Below the pieces are notes generated by a model. The model was not told where the DNA came from and made no database searches. It was given only the letters and a program-made list of their open reading frames with translations. A program made the translations under genes and the position numbers. A stretch of DNA of 62,713 nucleotides, the filler included. It is 8 parts of 8 records of this genome, joined end to end, with 100 filler letters (N's around TTAATTAATTAA, not from the genome) between each part and the next. Parts side by side here need not be neighbours in the genome. Positions count along the whole stretch, not along the records: positions 27,839 to 34,728 come from SRR31156797_45173; positions 34,829 to 46,296 come from SRR31156797_45197; 6 more parts are not named here. The stretch is one strand, 5' to 3'. Shown in pieces: positions 29,894 to 41,015 of this stretch; the stretch's first letter is position 1; every line of letters starts with the position of its first letter.

Positions 29894-30498
29894 GCGGCGT
29901 TGCCGCCCATTTCTGCTTCGCCGCCGGTTGGGCCGCTTTCGGGCTGTGTCATTCGGTTCTGGCCCGCGACGGCGTCAAGGCGCGGCTGGTGCCGCTTTTC
30001 GGGCCTTTTTACCGTCTCGCCTATAACTTTTTCGCAACCATCCAGATCGCAGGCGTGGTCTGGATCGGCTGGTTTTTGCTCGGCGGCCGGGCCTCCTTCG
30101 TCTGGCCGCACGCATTTGGTCTTGTCCTGAACTCGCTACACCTGATCGGCTGGGTTTTGCTGATCGCGGCGCTGGCCGGTTACGACCTCGGCCGGTTGGC
30201 CGGCACGGCGCAGATCCGCTATCATTTTCGCGGCATCGAGGCGCCCGAGGACGAACCCCTCCGACGCGACGGCTTTCACCGCTTCGTGCGCCATCCGGTT
30301 TATGCCGCCGCCTTCCTGGTGTTGTGGGGCGCGGTCAGGGACGAGCTTTCGCTGGCCACCGCGATCTGGGCCAGCCTTTATTTCCTGGTTGGCACCCGAT
30401 TCGAGGAACGCTGGCTGAAACGCCACTACGGGCCCGAATACGAAAATTATCGGAAAACCGTCCCGGCCTACATCCCCTGGAAAGGCCGGGCGATCTGA
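29890..30498 (+). CDS. Membrane methyltransferase-like protein (ICMT/NnrU/MddA-like)
   Basis: Hydrophobic; HSVLA, YRLAYN, FVRHPVY, EERWL...YG..Y..Y...VP. Confidence 0.75.
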   Translation: MSGVAAHFCFAAGWAAFGLCHSVLARDGVKARLVPLFGPFYRLAYNFFATIQIAGVVWIGWFLLGGRASFVWPHAFGLVLNSLHLIGWVLLIAALAGYDLGRLAGTAQIRYHFRGIEAPEDEPLRRDGFHRFVRHPVYAAAFLVLWGAVRDELSLATAIWASLYFLVGTRFEERWLKRHYGPEYENYRKTVPAYIPWKGRAI

Positions 30499-30532
30499 AA
30501 GTTGCCGTTTGGATCGCGACGATTTCGCTGAA

Positions 30533-32461
30533 TCAACCCGATTCCTCGCCGTTCAGCGTCGCCATGATGCGTTTCCAGAACCCCTGTTCGGGTCCGGGGA
30601 CGGAATTCCCGGTTTCGGCCAGCGGCCTCGGCCGCACGCCCTTGTGCGCCGCCGTCATATAGGCCTGCCAGGTTTTCGCCGGCAGCCCGCCGCCGGTGAC
30701 GCGGCGGGTCGGCCGTCCGTCGTCGTTGCCCATCCAGATGCCGGCGACCAGATCGGCCGTATAGCCGACGAACCAGGCGTCACGATGGTTCTGGCTGGTC
30801 CCGGTCTTGCCGGCGGCCGGGCGGTCGAGCGCCGCGTTGCGGCCGGTTCCGGCCTCGATCACATGGGCCAGCAGGCGGTTCATGGTCCCGGCCAGGGGCG
30901 CCGCCAAGACGCGCCCGGGTCCGGAGCCGGAGCGCGCGTAAAGCGGATTGCCGGCGCCGTCGCGGATTTCGGTGATCCCGTGCGGCCATACCGCGTTGCC
31001 GCCGTTGGCGAAAACGGCATAGGCCGAAACCAGTTCGGTCAGGGTCATCTCGCCGGTGCCGAGCGCCAGGCTCGGCGTCGCATCGAGCTCGCTTGTTATC
31101 CCCAAGCGCCTGGCGGCATCGACGATAGCCGCGTACCCGGCCTTGCCGGCAACCCGCACCGCGACCGTATTGACCGAACCGGCCATCGCGTCGATCAGGC
31201 TGATCTCGCCCCGGTACTTGCCGTCGAAGTTGCGCGGCGTCCAGCCGTCGACCGTCACCGGCGCGTCGGACAGGCGGGTATCGGGACGAAGCCCGGCTTC
31301 CAGCCCGGCCAGATAGACGAAAGGCTTGAACGCCGAACCGGGCTGGCGCATCGCCTGGGTCGCCCGGTTGAACTGGCTTTTGCCGTAGTCGCGCCCTCCG
31401 ACCATGGCACGCACGGCGCCGTTGGGTGCCATTGCCACCAGGGCGGCCTGGGAAACGCCGTTTTTGGCGCCTTCCTTCGACAGCGCGCCGGCGATTTCAG
31501 CCTCGGCACGGCGCTGCAGGATCGGGTCCAGGGTCGTCACCACGATCAGGTCGCGGTTGCCGCGCGTCACGTATCCGCTGACCTGTTCCAGCACCCAGTC
31601 GACGAAATAGCGGCTCGCGCGGCCGGGCCGGGAAATGACCGAACGCCGGGCCTCGGCGGCCAATTTGGCGTCCTCTTCGTTGAGATAGCCGGCCCGCACC
31701 ATGTTCGCCAGCACCAGCCGGGCGCGCCCATCGGCCCGCTTCGGATCGGTCGCCGGATTGAACCGCGACGGCGCCTTCAGAAGGCCGGCCAGCATCGCCG
31801 ATTCGTAGGTCGAAAGCCGGCTCGCCGGGTGGCCGAAATATTTGCGCGAGGCGGCGTCGACGCCGAAGGTGCCGGCCCCCAGATAGACCCGGTTCAGATA
31901 GACCGTAAGGATCTGATCCTTGCTCAGCTTCTGTTCCAGCCACAGGGCAAGCAGGACTTCCTGGACCTTGCGCTTGATCGTGCGCTCGGGTGTCAGGAAC
32001 AGGTTCTTGGCCACCTGCTGGGTGATCGTGCTGCCGCCCTGAACGATACGACCGGCCTTCAGATTGACGTACATGGCCCGGCTCAGACCGATTATATCGA
32101 TACCGAAATGACTATAGAAACGCCTGTCTTCGGTGGCCAGAACGGCCTGCGGCACGGCCGGCGGCAAATCGCGCAGGCGCACCGGAAGGCCGTAGACGTC
32201 GCCGACGGTGGCCAGGGTCGAACCGTCGGCGGCCAGCAGCGTCACCGTCGGCTGGCGGGTCGCGACCAGGGCGTCCTCGACGTCGGGCAGGTCGGTGGCG
32301 TACCAGGCGACCATGGCGCCGGTCGCGATCACCGCCCAGACGGCAGCAACCGCGGTCCATTTGAGCAGGAAGCCGACGGCGCGACGGATCCAGCCGTGCT
32401 GCGGCCGGGATTTTTTCGTACCGGTTTTTCGGCCGCCGGCGGGCGCTTTGTTTTTTGCCAT
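30533..32461 (-). CDS. Class A penicillin-binding protein (PBP1A family)
   Basis: EDRRFY.H.G, GGSTITQQ, RK..E, YLNRVY; SAFK, SVN, KTG. Confidence 0.95.
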   Translation of the reverse strand: MAKNKAPAGGRKTGTKKSRPQHGWIRRAVGFLLKWTAVAAVWAVIATGAMVAWYATDLPDVEDALVATRQPTVTLLAADGSTLATVGDVYGLPVRLRDLPPAVPQAVLATEDRRFYSHFGIDIIGLSRAMYVNLKAGRIVQGGSTITQQVAKNLFLTPERTIKRKVQEVLLALWLEQKLSKDQILTVYLNRVYLGAGTFGVDAASRKYFGHPASRLSTYESAMLAGLLKAPSRFNPATDPKRADGRARLVLANMVRAGYLNEEDAKLAAEARRSVISRPGRASRYFVDWVLEQVSGYVTRGNRDLIVVTTLDPILQRRAEAEIAGALSKEGAKNGVSQAALVAMAPNGAVRAMVGGRDYGKSQFNRATQAMRQPGSAFKPFVYLAGLEAGLRPDTRLSDAPVTVDGWTPRNFDGKYRGEISLIDAMAGSVNTVAVRVAGKAGYAAIVDAARRLGITSELDATPSLALGTGEMTLTELVSAYAVFANGGNAVWPHGITEIRDGAGNPLYARSGSGPGRVLAAPLAGTMNRLLAHVIEAGTGRNAALDRPAAGKTGTSQNHRDAWFVGYTADLVAGIWMGNDDGRPTRRVTGGGLPAKTWQAYMTAAHKGVRPRPLAETGNSVPGPEQGFWKRIMATLNGEESG

Positions 32462-32598
32462 AGGACCGTATTTTCAGGGGGTTACGGTTAGAATTGTCTT
32501 AACGACTCAAAGAGTCGTCGCCAATCCCCCGTATTTCAATTGGGAATTCCCCTTGGCCCCGGTTTTTCCCGGGCATGATCCGACGGCTGAAGCCCCCT

Positions 32599-34728
<2,130 letters not shown>

Positions 34729-34828
34729 NNNNNNNNNNNNNNNNNNNNNNNNNNNNNNNNNNNNNNNNNNNNTTAATTAATTAANNNNNNNNNNNNNNNN
34801 NNNNNNNNNNNNNNNNNNNNNNNNNNNN
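34729..34828. other. Artificial contig-joining spacer
   Basis: N44-TTAATTAATTAA-N44. Confidence 0.98.
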
Positions 34829-35667
34829 ATGGTATCCAGGTCCTCGAGAACCGGAAAGAGTTCGCCCGTGCCGATCCGGTCCGCAGGCTCGGTCAGCACC
34901 TTCTGGATCACAGCCTTGTCCTGGGAAAGGAAGTCGGCGCCGATGGCCGCGGCAGGTTCCGGCTGGGCATCGATGGCAAGCCCGGATCTGACAAAGCTTG
35001 TGGTCAACTCCTGAACAGCCTCGGGATGTTTTTCAATGACCTCGTCCCGCATGACAAATACGCAGCAGGGATGGGCCGGCCAGAGATCCTTTGAAAGGTA
35101 GAACTCCTCTCCAAGGCCGGATGCGATCACCTGGGAACCAATGGGCTCGGCAACGATAAACCCGCCGATCTCTCCATCATCGTCATACTGGAGGGCCTCG
35201 GGCATCTGGAACGGCGCCACCACCTCCAGGGTCACATCAACCCCCTTCTCAACGGCCCTGCCCGGTTTCAAGCCCTTTTCCGAAAGAAGTCTGTGGAACA
35301 GCATGTTGTGGACGGAGAGCTGGTAGGGAATCAACACGGTCTTTCCGGCAAAATCTTCGATCCTCTGGATATTTGCCTTCTTGTTCTTGACCAGGATACT
35401 TCCGGAACGGTGGGCCAGAAGCAGAAGCTTCATGTTCACGCCGGATTTGTAGAGATCCATGGCTGTGGGTGCGAGGATGAGCGCACCATCGAGGGCCTTT
35501 GTTGCCAGGGCATCGGCCACTTCGTTCCAGCCGTTTTTGAGAACTGTCTGGATGCTGCAGTGCTCAAATTTTTCCATGCCCTTTTTCAGCTTGAGATCCG
35601 TGACCCCGAGAATCAGGTGATCCGTTATTTTCAAATGCCCAATCTTTAAAATGGGTTTGTCCGCCAT
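34829..35667 (-). CDS. CmpA/NrtA-fold substrate-binding-like protein without a signal peptide (3' truncated)
   Basis: IGHLKITDH, LDGALILAP, SVHNML, VAEP, WPAHPCC; GGAGG RBS before ATG 35667. Confidence 0.8.
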
Positions 35668-35816
35668 TATTTCCACCTCCAGGTTTTGATCCGAGCCGTA
35701 AAAGCAACTTCTTTGTATGATAAACAGTAATAATCTTTGTCACTATAAGGGAAATTTCTTTATTGTGTCAACAAGAATCTCCTTGCCAGGCAAGGTTCTC
35801 ACGGCTGCAGCCCCTG

Positions 35817-37061
35817 TCAGATGTTGGCCCTGACAAGTTCCATAAAGGCATCTATCCTTGTTTGAATCTGGCTTTCGGCAAAATTCCTGGAATCGCACAT
35901 GTCAGCCTCCATGACCAGGACCGGCACCCCGGCCCTCTCCCGGACAATCCGCTGGATGTCATACTGTCCCAGGGAGTAAGGCTTGCAGCTCCGGTTGGAA
36001 TGCATCACAAGGCCGTCTGCCTTATACCGGTCCACCATGGAAAGGACCTCCTCGGCCATGGCATCCACCCCGGTGTTCAGATAGATCCTCGAATACCCCT
36101 CCACCATGGAATTGAAAAAGTCGTTTTCATCCAGGAAGCGCAGGGAGCTGCACCAGGCAGAGGTGTAGGTATCCGCCACGAGACAGGCGTTATGGCCGGC
36201 AAAGGTATCGGAAAGCCACTTGGTGCGGTACCACACCGGCAGGTTGTCCCACATGAGCCGGATCTCCTCCCTGGGAACGGCGGAGATGCCGAGGCTCACC
36301 CGCTCGTTCATCTCATCCAGCAACGCCTGGTAGTAGTCCACAGCGGTCCGGGTGCCCCGGAGCGTCACGATGAGGGCCAGGTGAAAAAAAGCGTCAAAGG
36401 CGCTGATGGGGGCGGGCCTGTTCATGGTGGTGTCAAGGACCGCCTGCCAAAGCTTCTGTCCCTTGACCGAAAGCCTGCCCACCTCTTCCAGGCGGTCGAA
36501 ATCAAAGGGCTTGCCGCAATGGGTTTCCAGGAATGCCATGTAATTGTTGAACTGGTCGGCCACATAACGGTGCTGGGCCTTGGAATAGGTGGTGTGGGTG
36601 ATGGGGGTGTCGAGGATGAAGAGGGGCACATTGAAATACCGGGCCTGGACTTCATACCACTTGAGAACCGTTCCGCAGATGTTGTTACAGCACACCAGCA
36701 TGTCCGGCCGGGGCAGTCCGCCGATGGGTCCGCCGTTGATGGTGGCACAGGCGATATCACACCTTGCGTAGGAGCAAAGATCACGGGAATACCCCATCTC
36801 CTCGGCCCTTTCACACAAATCGTCCCCCATCTTGGTGGCACCGATCATGGCACCGTGGTTCTCCGGATAGACCGGGATCACATCCATGGCGATCAAGGGT
36901 TCAACCGGCCCGCCGCTGGTGATCCAGGCCACCTTTTTGCCGTTCTCCTCCGCTGTTTTGGCATCGATGTAATAGGTGGTCATGATATCTTTCATGGTCT
37001 TGACACACCGTATCTTTCTTCTTTCCTTATCCCCGTCCCTCGGGGTTTCCTTTGTGCTCAT
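35817..37061 (-). CDS. 2-hydroxyacyl-CoA dehydratase / benzoyl-CoA reductase family subunit (HgdA/FldB/BcrB-like)
   Basis: YPENHGA, GYSRDLCSYAR, CNNIC, HSNRSCK, TRIDAFME. Confidence 0.88.
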   Translation of the reverse strand: MSTKETPRDGDKERRKIRCVKTMKDIMTTYYIDAKTAEENGKKVAWITSGGPVEPLIAMDVIPVYPENHGAMIGATKMGDDLCERAEEMGYSRDLCSYARCDIACATINGGPIGGLPRPDMLVCCNNICGTVLKWYEVQARYFNVPLFILDTPITHTTYSKAQHRYVADQFNNYMAFLETHCGKPFDFDRLEEVGRLSVKGQKLWQAVLDTTMNRPAPISAFDAFFHLALIVTLRGTRTAVDYYQALLDEMNERVSLGISAVPREEIRLMWDNLPVWYRTKWLSDTFAGHNACLVADTYTSAWCSSLRFLDENDFFNSMVEGYSRIYLNTGVDAMAEEVLSMVDRYKADGLVMHSNRSCKPYSLGQYDIQRIVRERAGVPVLVMEADMCDSRNFAESQIQTRIDAFMELVRANI

Positions 37062-37165
37062 CTGATCTCCCCTGTCCATGACTTGTTCTAAGCGTTACGG
37101 CATCCGGATGAATGCCCGGCACCGTATCCTGATAATCCCCCTCGATTTGAGAGCGCAACCATGTC

Positions 37166-38284
37166 TTACAGCATCTCGATGAATGCCTGGCACCGTGTCT
37201 CAAACTGTCCGTCCGCGGCCAGGGAATCCTCCAGCTCACAGAGCATGCTGGGTACCTGAATTTCGTCGAGCATCTGTTTGATGTACGGATAATCAAACCC
37301 GAAGGGATCGCAGAACTTGAGGCAGAAAAAGATGACCCCGTCGGCCCGGCTCTCCCTGGCCATCCGGACCAAATCCTCTCCCCTGGCCCGGATGCCCGAA
37401 TGTTTCGCAGGGCAGACGATCCGGCGCTGGTAGCGGCGGGCAATGGCCCGGAAGAGATCGCCGTCCGGCTCGATCACTCCCTGGAAGAACCGTGACCCGG
37501 TGCAAAGGTCGTCCATGACAACCCGGCTTCCGGTCTGTTCGATCACATCAAAGAGATCGGGCATGTTGCAGAGCCCGCCTGCGACAATGATCCGCTTGCC
37601 GTGGAATCGGGATGCGGGGTGCGCCGCCTCCAGGGCGTCGGCAAGGGGGGAAACCAGGGAAAGGAATTCGTTTCTGTCCATCACCATGCCGGCCCGGACC
37701 ATGGCATGGAGGTCGGTGCCGGCCATGGCTTCGGGCACCCTGCTCCGCAGGTCATGGATCCGCATCACGGCACTCCGGATCCGATTGCAGGTGGAGACCG
37801 CCTCCCCAAGGTCCTCACGGGTGATCGCGATGCCAAGCTTTTCCCCGAGTTCCCGGGCAAAATCCCCCATGATGGCGGTCATGTAGTCAAGGGAGGCCAG
37901 GGTGGTGAGGTCCGCCGGAAGCACCAGGTCCATGTGAAAGCCTGTTTTCACGTTCATCCGCCAGATATCGGAAAGCCGCTGGATGGAATCGCAGGTGTGG
38001 GGAAAGACGACCCCGTCAATATAATCGAGCCGGCCGGCCAGGGCCTCCTCCAGGGCGCCCCGGACCAGGGTGCAGGAGTAGGATTGCAAATGGGCGTCCG
38101 CCCGGATGATGGGGCTTTCCGTGCCAAGGATCCTGAACCCGAGCACATTGGCGGCCAGCAGAATCTCCTCGGGCGCATAGCTGCACAGGGTGGCGACCAC
38201 CCTGCCCCGGGTCCGCTCCTTCCATTCCCTGGCATAGGTGGCCGGATCTGCCGCAACCTCATGAAATCGTTTAAATTGTTCCAT
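37166..38284 (-). CDS. 2-hydroxyacyl-CoA dehydratase family subunit (HgdB/FldC/BcrC-like)
   Basis: YAPEEI, YSCTLV, PHTCDSI, DDLCTGSR, LKFCDP, TRCQAFIEML; start set at ATG 38284. Confidence 0.88.
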   Translation of the reverse strand: MEQFKRFHEVAADPATYAREWKERTRGRVVATLCSYAPEEILLAANVLGFRILGTESPIIRADAHLQSYSCTLVRGALEEALAGRLDYIDGVVFPHTCDSIQRLSDIWRMNVKTGFHMDLVLPADLTTLASLDYMTAIMGDFARELGEKLGIAITREDLGEAVSTCNRIRSAVMRIHDLRSRVPEAMAGTDLHAMVRAGMVMDRNEFLSLVSPLADALEAAHPASRFHGKRIIVAGGLCNMPDLFDVIEQTGSRVVMDDLCTGSRFFQGVIEPDGDLFRAIARRYQRRIVCPAKHSGIRARGEDLVRMARESRADGVIFFCLKFCDPFGFDYPYIKQMLDEIQVPSMLCELEDSLAADGQFETRCQAFIEML

Positions 38285-38370
38285 TGTTTTCCTCGTGAAG
38301 AACCTAGGGTTATATCCATGCGTAAAACCGCACTTATCGCGACCTTGAGACAAAACAGCGTATATTGGTT

Positions 38371-38399
38371 CTTATATTGAACGCCGGTCGAGATGTCAA
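38371..38399 (-). promoter_or_regulatory. Sigma70 promoter of the dehydratase pair
   Basis: Minus strand TTGACA-17 nt-TATAAG. Confidence 0.6.
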
Positions 38400-38472
38400 C
38401 CGTTACTTGAAATTGCAATGGTTTAATGGTATGCGTGGTCCAAACACCAACCATGGAGAAGAGCGGTTTAAC

Positions 38473-39096
38473 ATGAAAAAAGCCAACACCCTGAACAAGC
38501 TGAAGAAACAGGAACGAGAAAACAGACAGGACCTCATCATCGAGGCGGCAAGAACCGTGTTCGGGGAAAAGACCTACGACAAGGTGAGCATGGCGGAGAT
38601 CGCACGCAAGGCGGGAATCGCCAAATCCTCCATCTACACTTACTTCACCAACCAGGAAGAGCTCTATGTGGAGATCACGGTGAGGGACACCCGGGAGTTC
38701 ATCCAGGCCCTGGCGGACCACATCGACACAACGGAAGCGCTCACCATCCAGGGCGTCATCGATCTCTTCCTGGACTATTATCTCCTCCACGAGGCCCAGT
38801 GGCGGATGACCACCCACTTTGCCCTCCACGGCAACACGAGCATCGGATCGGTGGAAAAGCTTGACGGCATCGCAAGGGAAGTGATGGACCTGCTGGAGAC
38901 CCTGTTTCAACGTCTGGGCTTCCAGGGAGATACCCGGCTGCTCTCCCACACCCTTTTTTCCAGCTTGAGCGGCATCCTCATCGCATTCAAGAACTACCCG
39001 GGAAGAAGCGACCAGGAGCGGCAGCGCCACATGAAGCGCATCGGAACCATGGTGGAAACGCTTTTCACCGCCCTGGCCGAAACGGAGAAAAGCTAA
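38473..39096 (+). CDS. TetR/AcrR-family regulator
   Basis: IIEAARTVF...VSMAEIARKAGIAKSSIYTYF. Confidence 0.93.
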   Translation: MKKANTLNKLKKQERENRQDLIIEAARTVFGEKTYDKVSMAEIARKAGIAKSSIYTYFTNQEELYVEITVRDTREFIQALADHIDTTEALTIQGVIDLFLDYYLLHEAQWRMTTHFALHGNTSIGSVEKLDGIAREVMDLLETLFQRLGFQGDTRLLSHTLFSSLSGILIAFKNYPGRSDQERQRHMKRIGTMVETLFTALAETEKS

Positions 39097-39183
39097 AGCC
39101 CGATTCACCGCCCCGGCCAGGAATGAAAAACGCCCGGCACCCCCTGAAGGTCAACCCCTTTTAGGGCGCCAGGACTTGTTCCG

Positions 39184-39933
39184 CTATTTTGCCGCGATCC
39201 GGTGGGAGAAGGCGATCATCATCTGGTTTCGGTCCTCCATCTGAAGCACCGCCTCAAGGCCGCCCGCATCGATGTTGATGTTCAGGGCCTCCTTGGTCAT
39301 CCTCAGACCCAGTCCGTCCTTTGACGCCATGGTCTCTGCAAGGGCTTTGGCCGTTGGCACAAGGTCCTCTTTTTCCACCCTCCGGCTTGCAAATCCCAGG
39401 GAAACGGCATCATCGGCGTTCATCCAGTTGCCGGTCAAAAGGAACTCGTTTGCCCTGCCCGACCCGATGAGCCGCGGGAGGAAATAACTCGAGGCCATAT
39501 CCGCCCCGCCAAGGCCGATGTTGATATAGGCTGCCGAGAACCTGGCATCATCGGTGATGATACGGACATCCGAGGCCATGGCAAAGGAGAAGCCAAGGCC
39601 TGCCGCGGCCCCGTGGATGCAGGAGATGATGGGCTGGGGCGCCTGGCGCATGGCCAGCAGAAGCCGTGACAGCCTTGCCTGGGCATCGTAGGCCTGGACA
39701 CAGGTCATGGCGAATATTTCAGGCCCCAGGCCCTCCATGTCGAGCCCTGCGCAAAAGCCCTTGGCATTTCCCCCGTCAAGGACGATCACCCGGGTGGCTT
39801 CATCCCCCCGCCGCTCCTGCCAGAAGGCGTGGAGCTCCTCCATCATGACCGCGTCAACGGAGTTGTACTTATCCGGCCGGTTCAGGGTGAGATAGCCCAC
39901 CGCCCCTTCGGTTCTGTATTGTATGGTTTCCAT
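39184..39933 (-). CDS. Enoyl-CoA hydratase/isomerase (crotonase)
   Basis: LNRPDKYN, FCAGLD, IHGAAAGLG, SDVRI. Confidence 0.92.
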   Translation of the reverse strand: METIQYRTEGAVGYLTLNRPDKYNSVDAVMMEELHAFWQERRGDEATRVIVLDGGNAKGFCAGLDMEGLGPEIFAMTCVQAYDAQARLSRLLLAMRQAPQPIISCIHGAAAGLGFSFAMASDVRIITDDARFSAAYINIGLGGADMASSYFLPRLIGSGRANEFLLTGNWMNADDAVSLGFASRRVEKEDLVPTAKALAETMASKDGLGLRMTKEALNINIDAGGLEAVLQMEDRNQMMIAFSHRIAAK

Positions 39934-39941
39934 GATTTCTC

Positions 39942-40700
39942 CTAGATCAGGTTGCCGCCGTCACAGACCAGGCTGGCTCCGGTTGTATAAGAGGAGGCGT
40001 CCGAGGCAAGATAGAGGGCGGCTCCCGCCATTTCAGAGGGCTCGGCATGGCGGCCCATGGGAATCTGCTTGACCGCAAAGTCGTGGATATCCTTGTTGTT
40101 AATGAGGGCGCTGGCAAAATTGGTGTCGGTGAGGCCGGGAAGCAGGGCATTCACCCGAACCTTAAAGGGGGCAAGCTCCTTGGCAAACACCTCGGTCATG
40201 GAAACAAGGGCGGCCTTGGAGACCGAATAGACCCCCTGCATAAGCCCGGGCCGCTTGGCGTTGATGGAGGCCACGTTCACAATGGCCCCGCCCCCTGCCT
40301 TTATCATCAGGGGGGCTGCCTGCTTGATCATGAAAAAGGGGCCCTTGAGATTCACATCGATGATCTTGTCCCACATGCCCGCATCGGCGTCCAGCATGTT
40401 GCCGAAATGGGGGTTGGTTGCCGCATTGTTGACCAGGATGTCCACCCTGCCGTACTGCTCCTCCAGGTTTTTGAAGAACTCCTGGATCTGCTCCTGATAC
40501 CCCATGTGACAGGCAAAGGCCTCGGCCTCAAACCCCTTGTTCCGGATCTCGTCCGCAACCGCGGAGACCGCCTCGAGCTTCCGGCTCACAAGAATACATT
40601 TGGCGCCATGCTCCGCATAGGCCATGGCGATCGCCTTTCCAATCCCCCGGCTGCCGCCTGTGATTACTGCAATTTTTCCTTCCAATGAAAAGTCTACCAC
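39942..40700 (-). CDS. Short-chain dehydrogenase/reductase
   Basis: TGGSRGIG, NNAA, YSVSK, PG; GTG start after GGAG. Confidence 0.93.
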   Translation of the reverse strand: MVDFSLEGKIAVITGGSRGIGKAIAMAYAEHGAKCILVSRKLEAVSAVADEIRNKGFEAEAFACHMGYQEQIQEFFKNLEEQYGRVDILVNNAATNPHFGNMLDADAGMWDKIIDVNLKGPFFMIKQAAPLMIKAGGGAIVNVASINAKRPGLMQGVYSVSKAALVSMTEVFAKELAPFKVRVNALLPGLTDTNFASALINNKDIHDFAVKQIPMGRHAEPSEMAGAALYLASDASSYTTGASLVCDGGNLI

Positions 40701-40879
40701 CGCACTCTCCTTTTGTTGTAAGGTTAAACGCAATTTATCCTCACAAACGCATATCGCTTACACGTCCGGGTGTCAAGCCAAATGGGGGGAGCAAACCTTC
40801 ACCATTGCGCTTTTGTCCATCCAATGGAATCCAACCGGACAAAAAGGATGTCCATATTCCTTTACAAGGAGGACAAATA

Positions 40880-40930
40880 TTGATAGACACAACCGTTCCT
40901 AACGGCACCAGCCTCGTTGGACCAACATAA
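40880..40930 (+). CDS. Possible 16-aa upstream peptide (MIDTTVPNGTSLVGPT)
   Basis: AAGGAGG at 40866-40872, then 7 nt, then TTG; stop TAA at 40928-40930. Confidence 0.3.
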   Translation: MIDTTVPNGTSLVGPT

Positions 40931-41015
40931 ACTATACACTTATCAACATGGGAATCACCATACAGGTAGATACCGTGCTGACCAGTTGCATCGATTTTTC
41001 AGGAAGAAGAGATAA

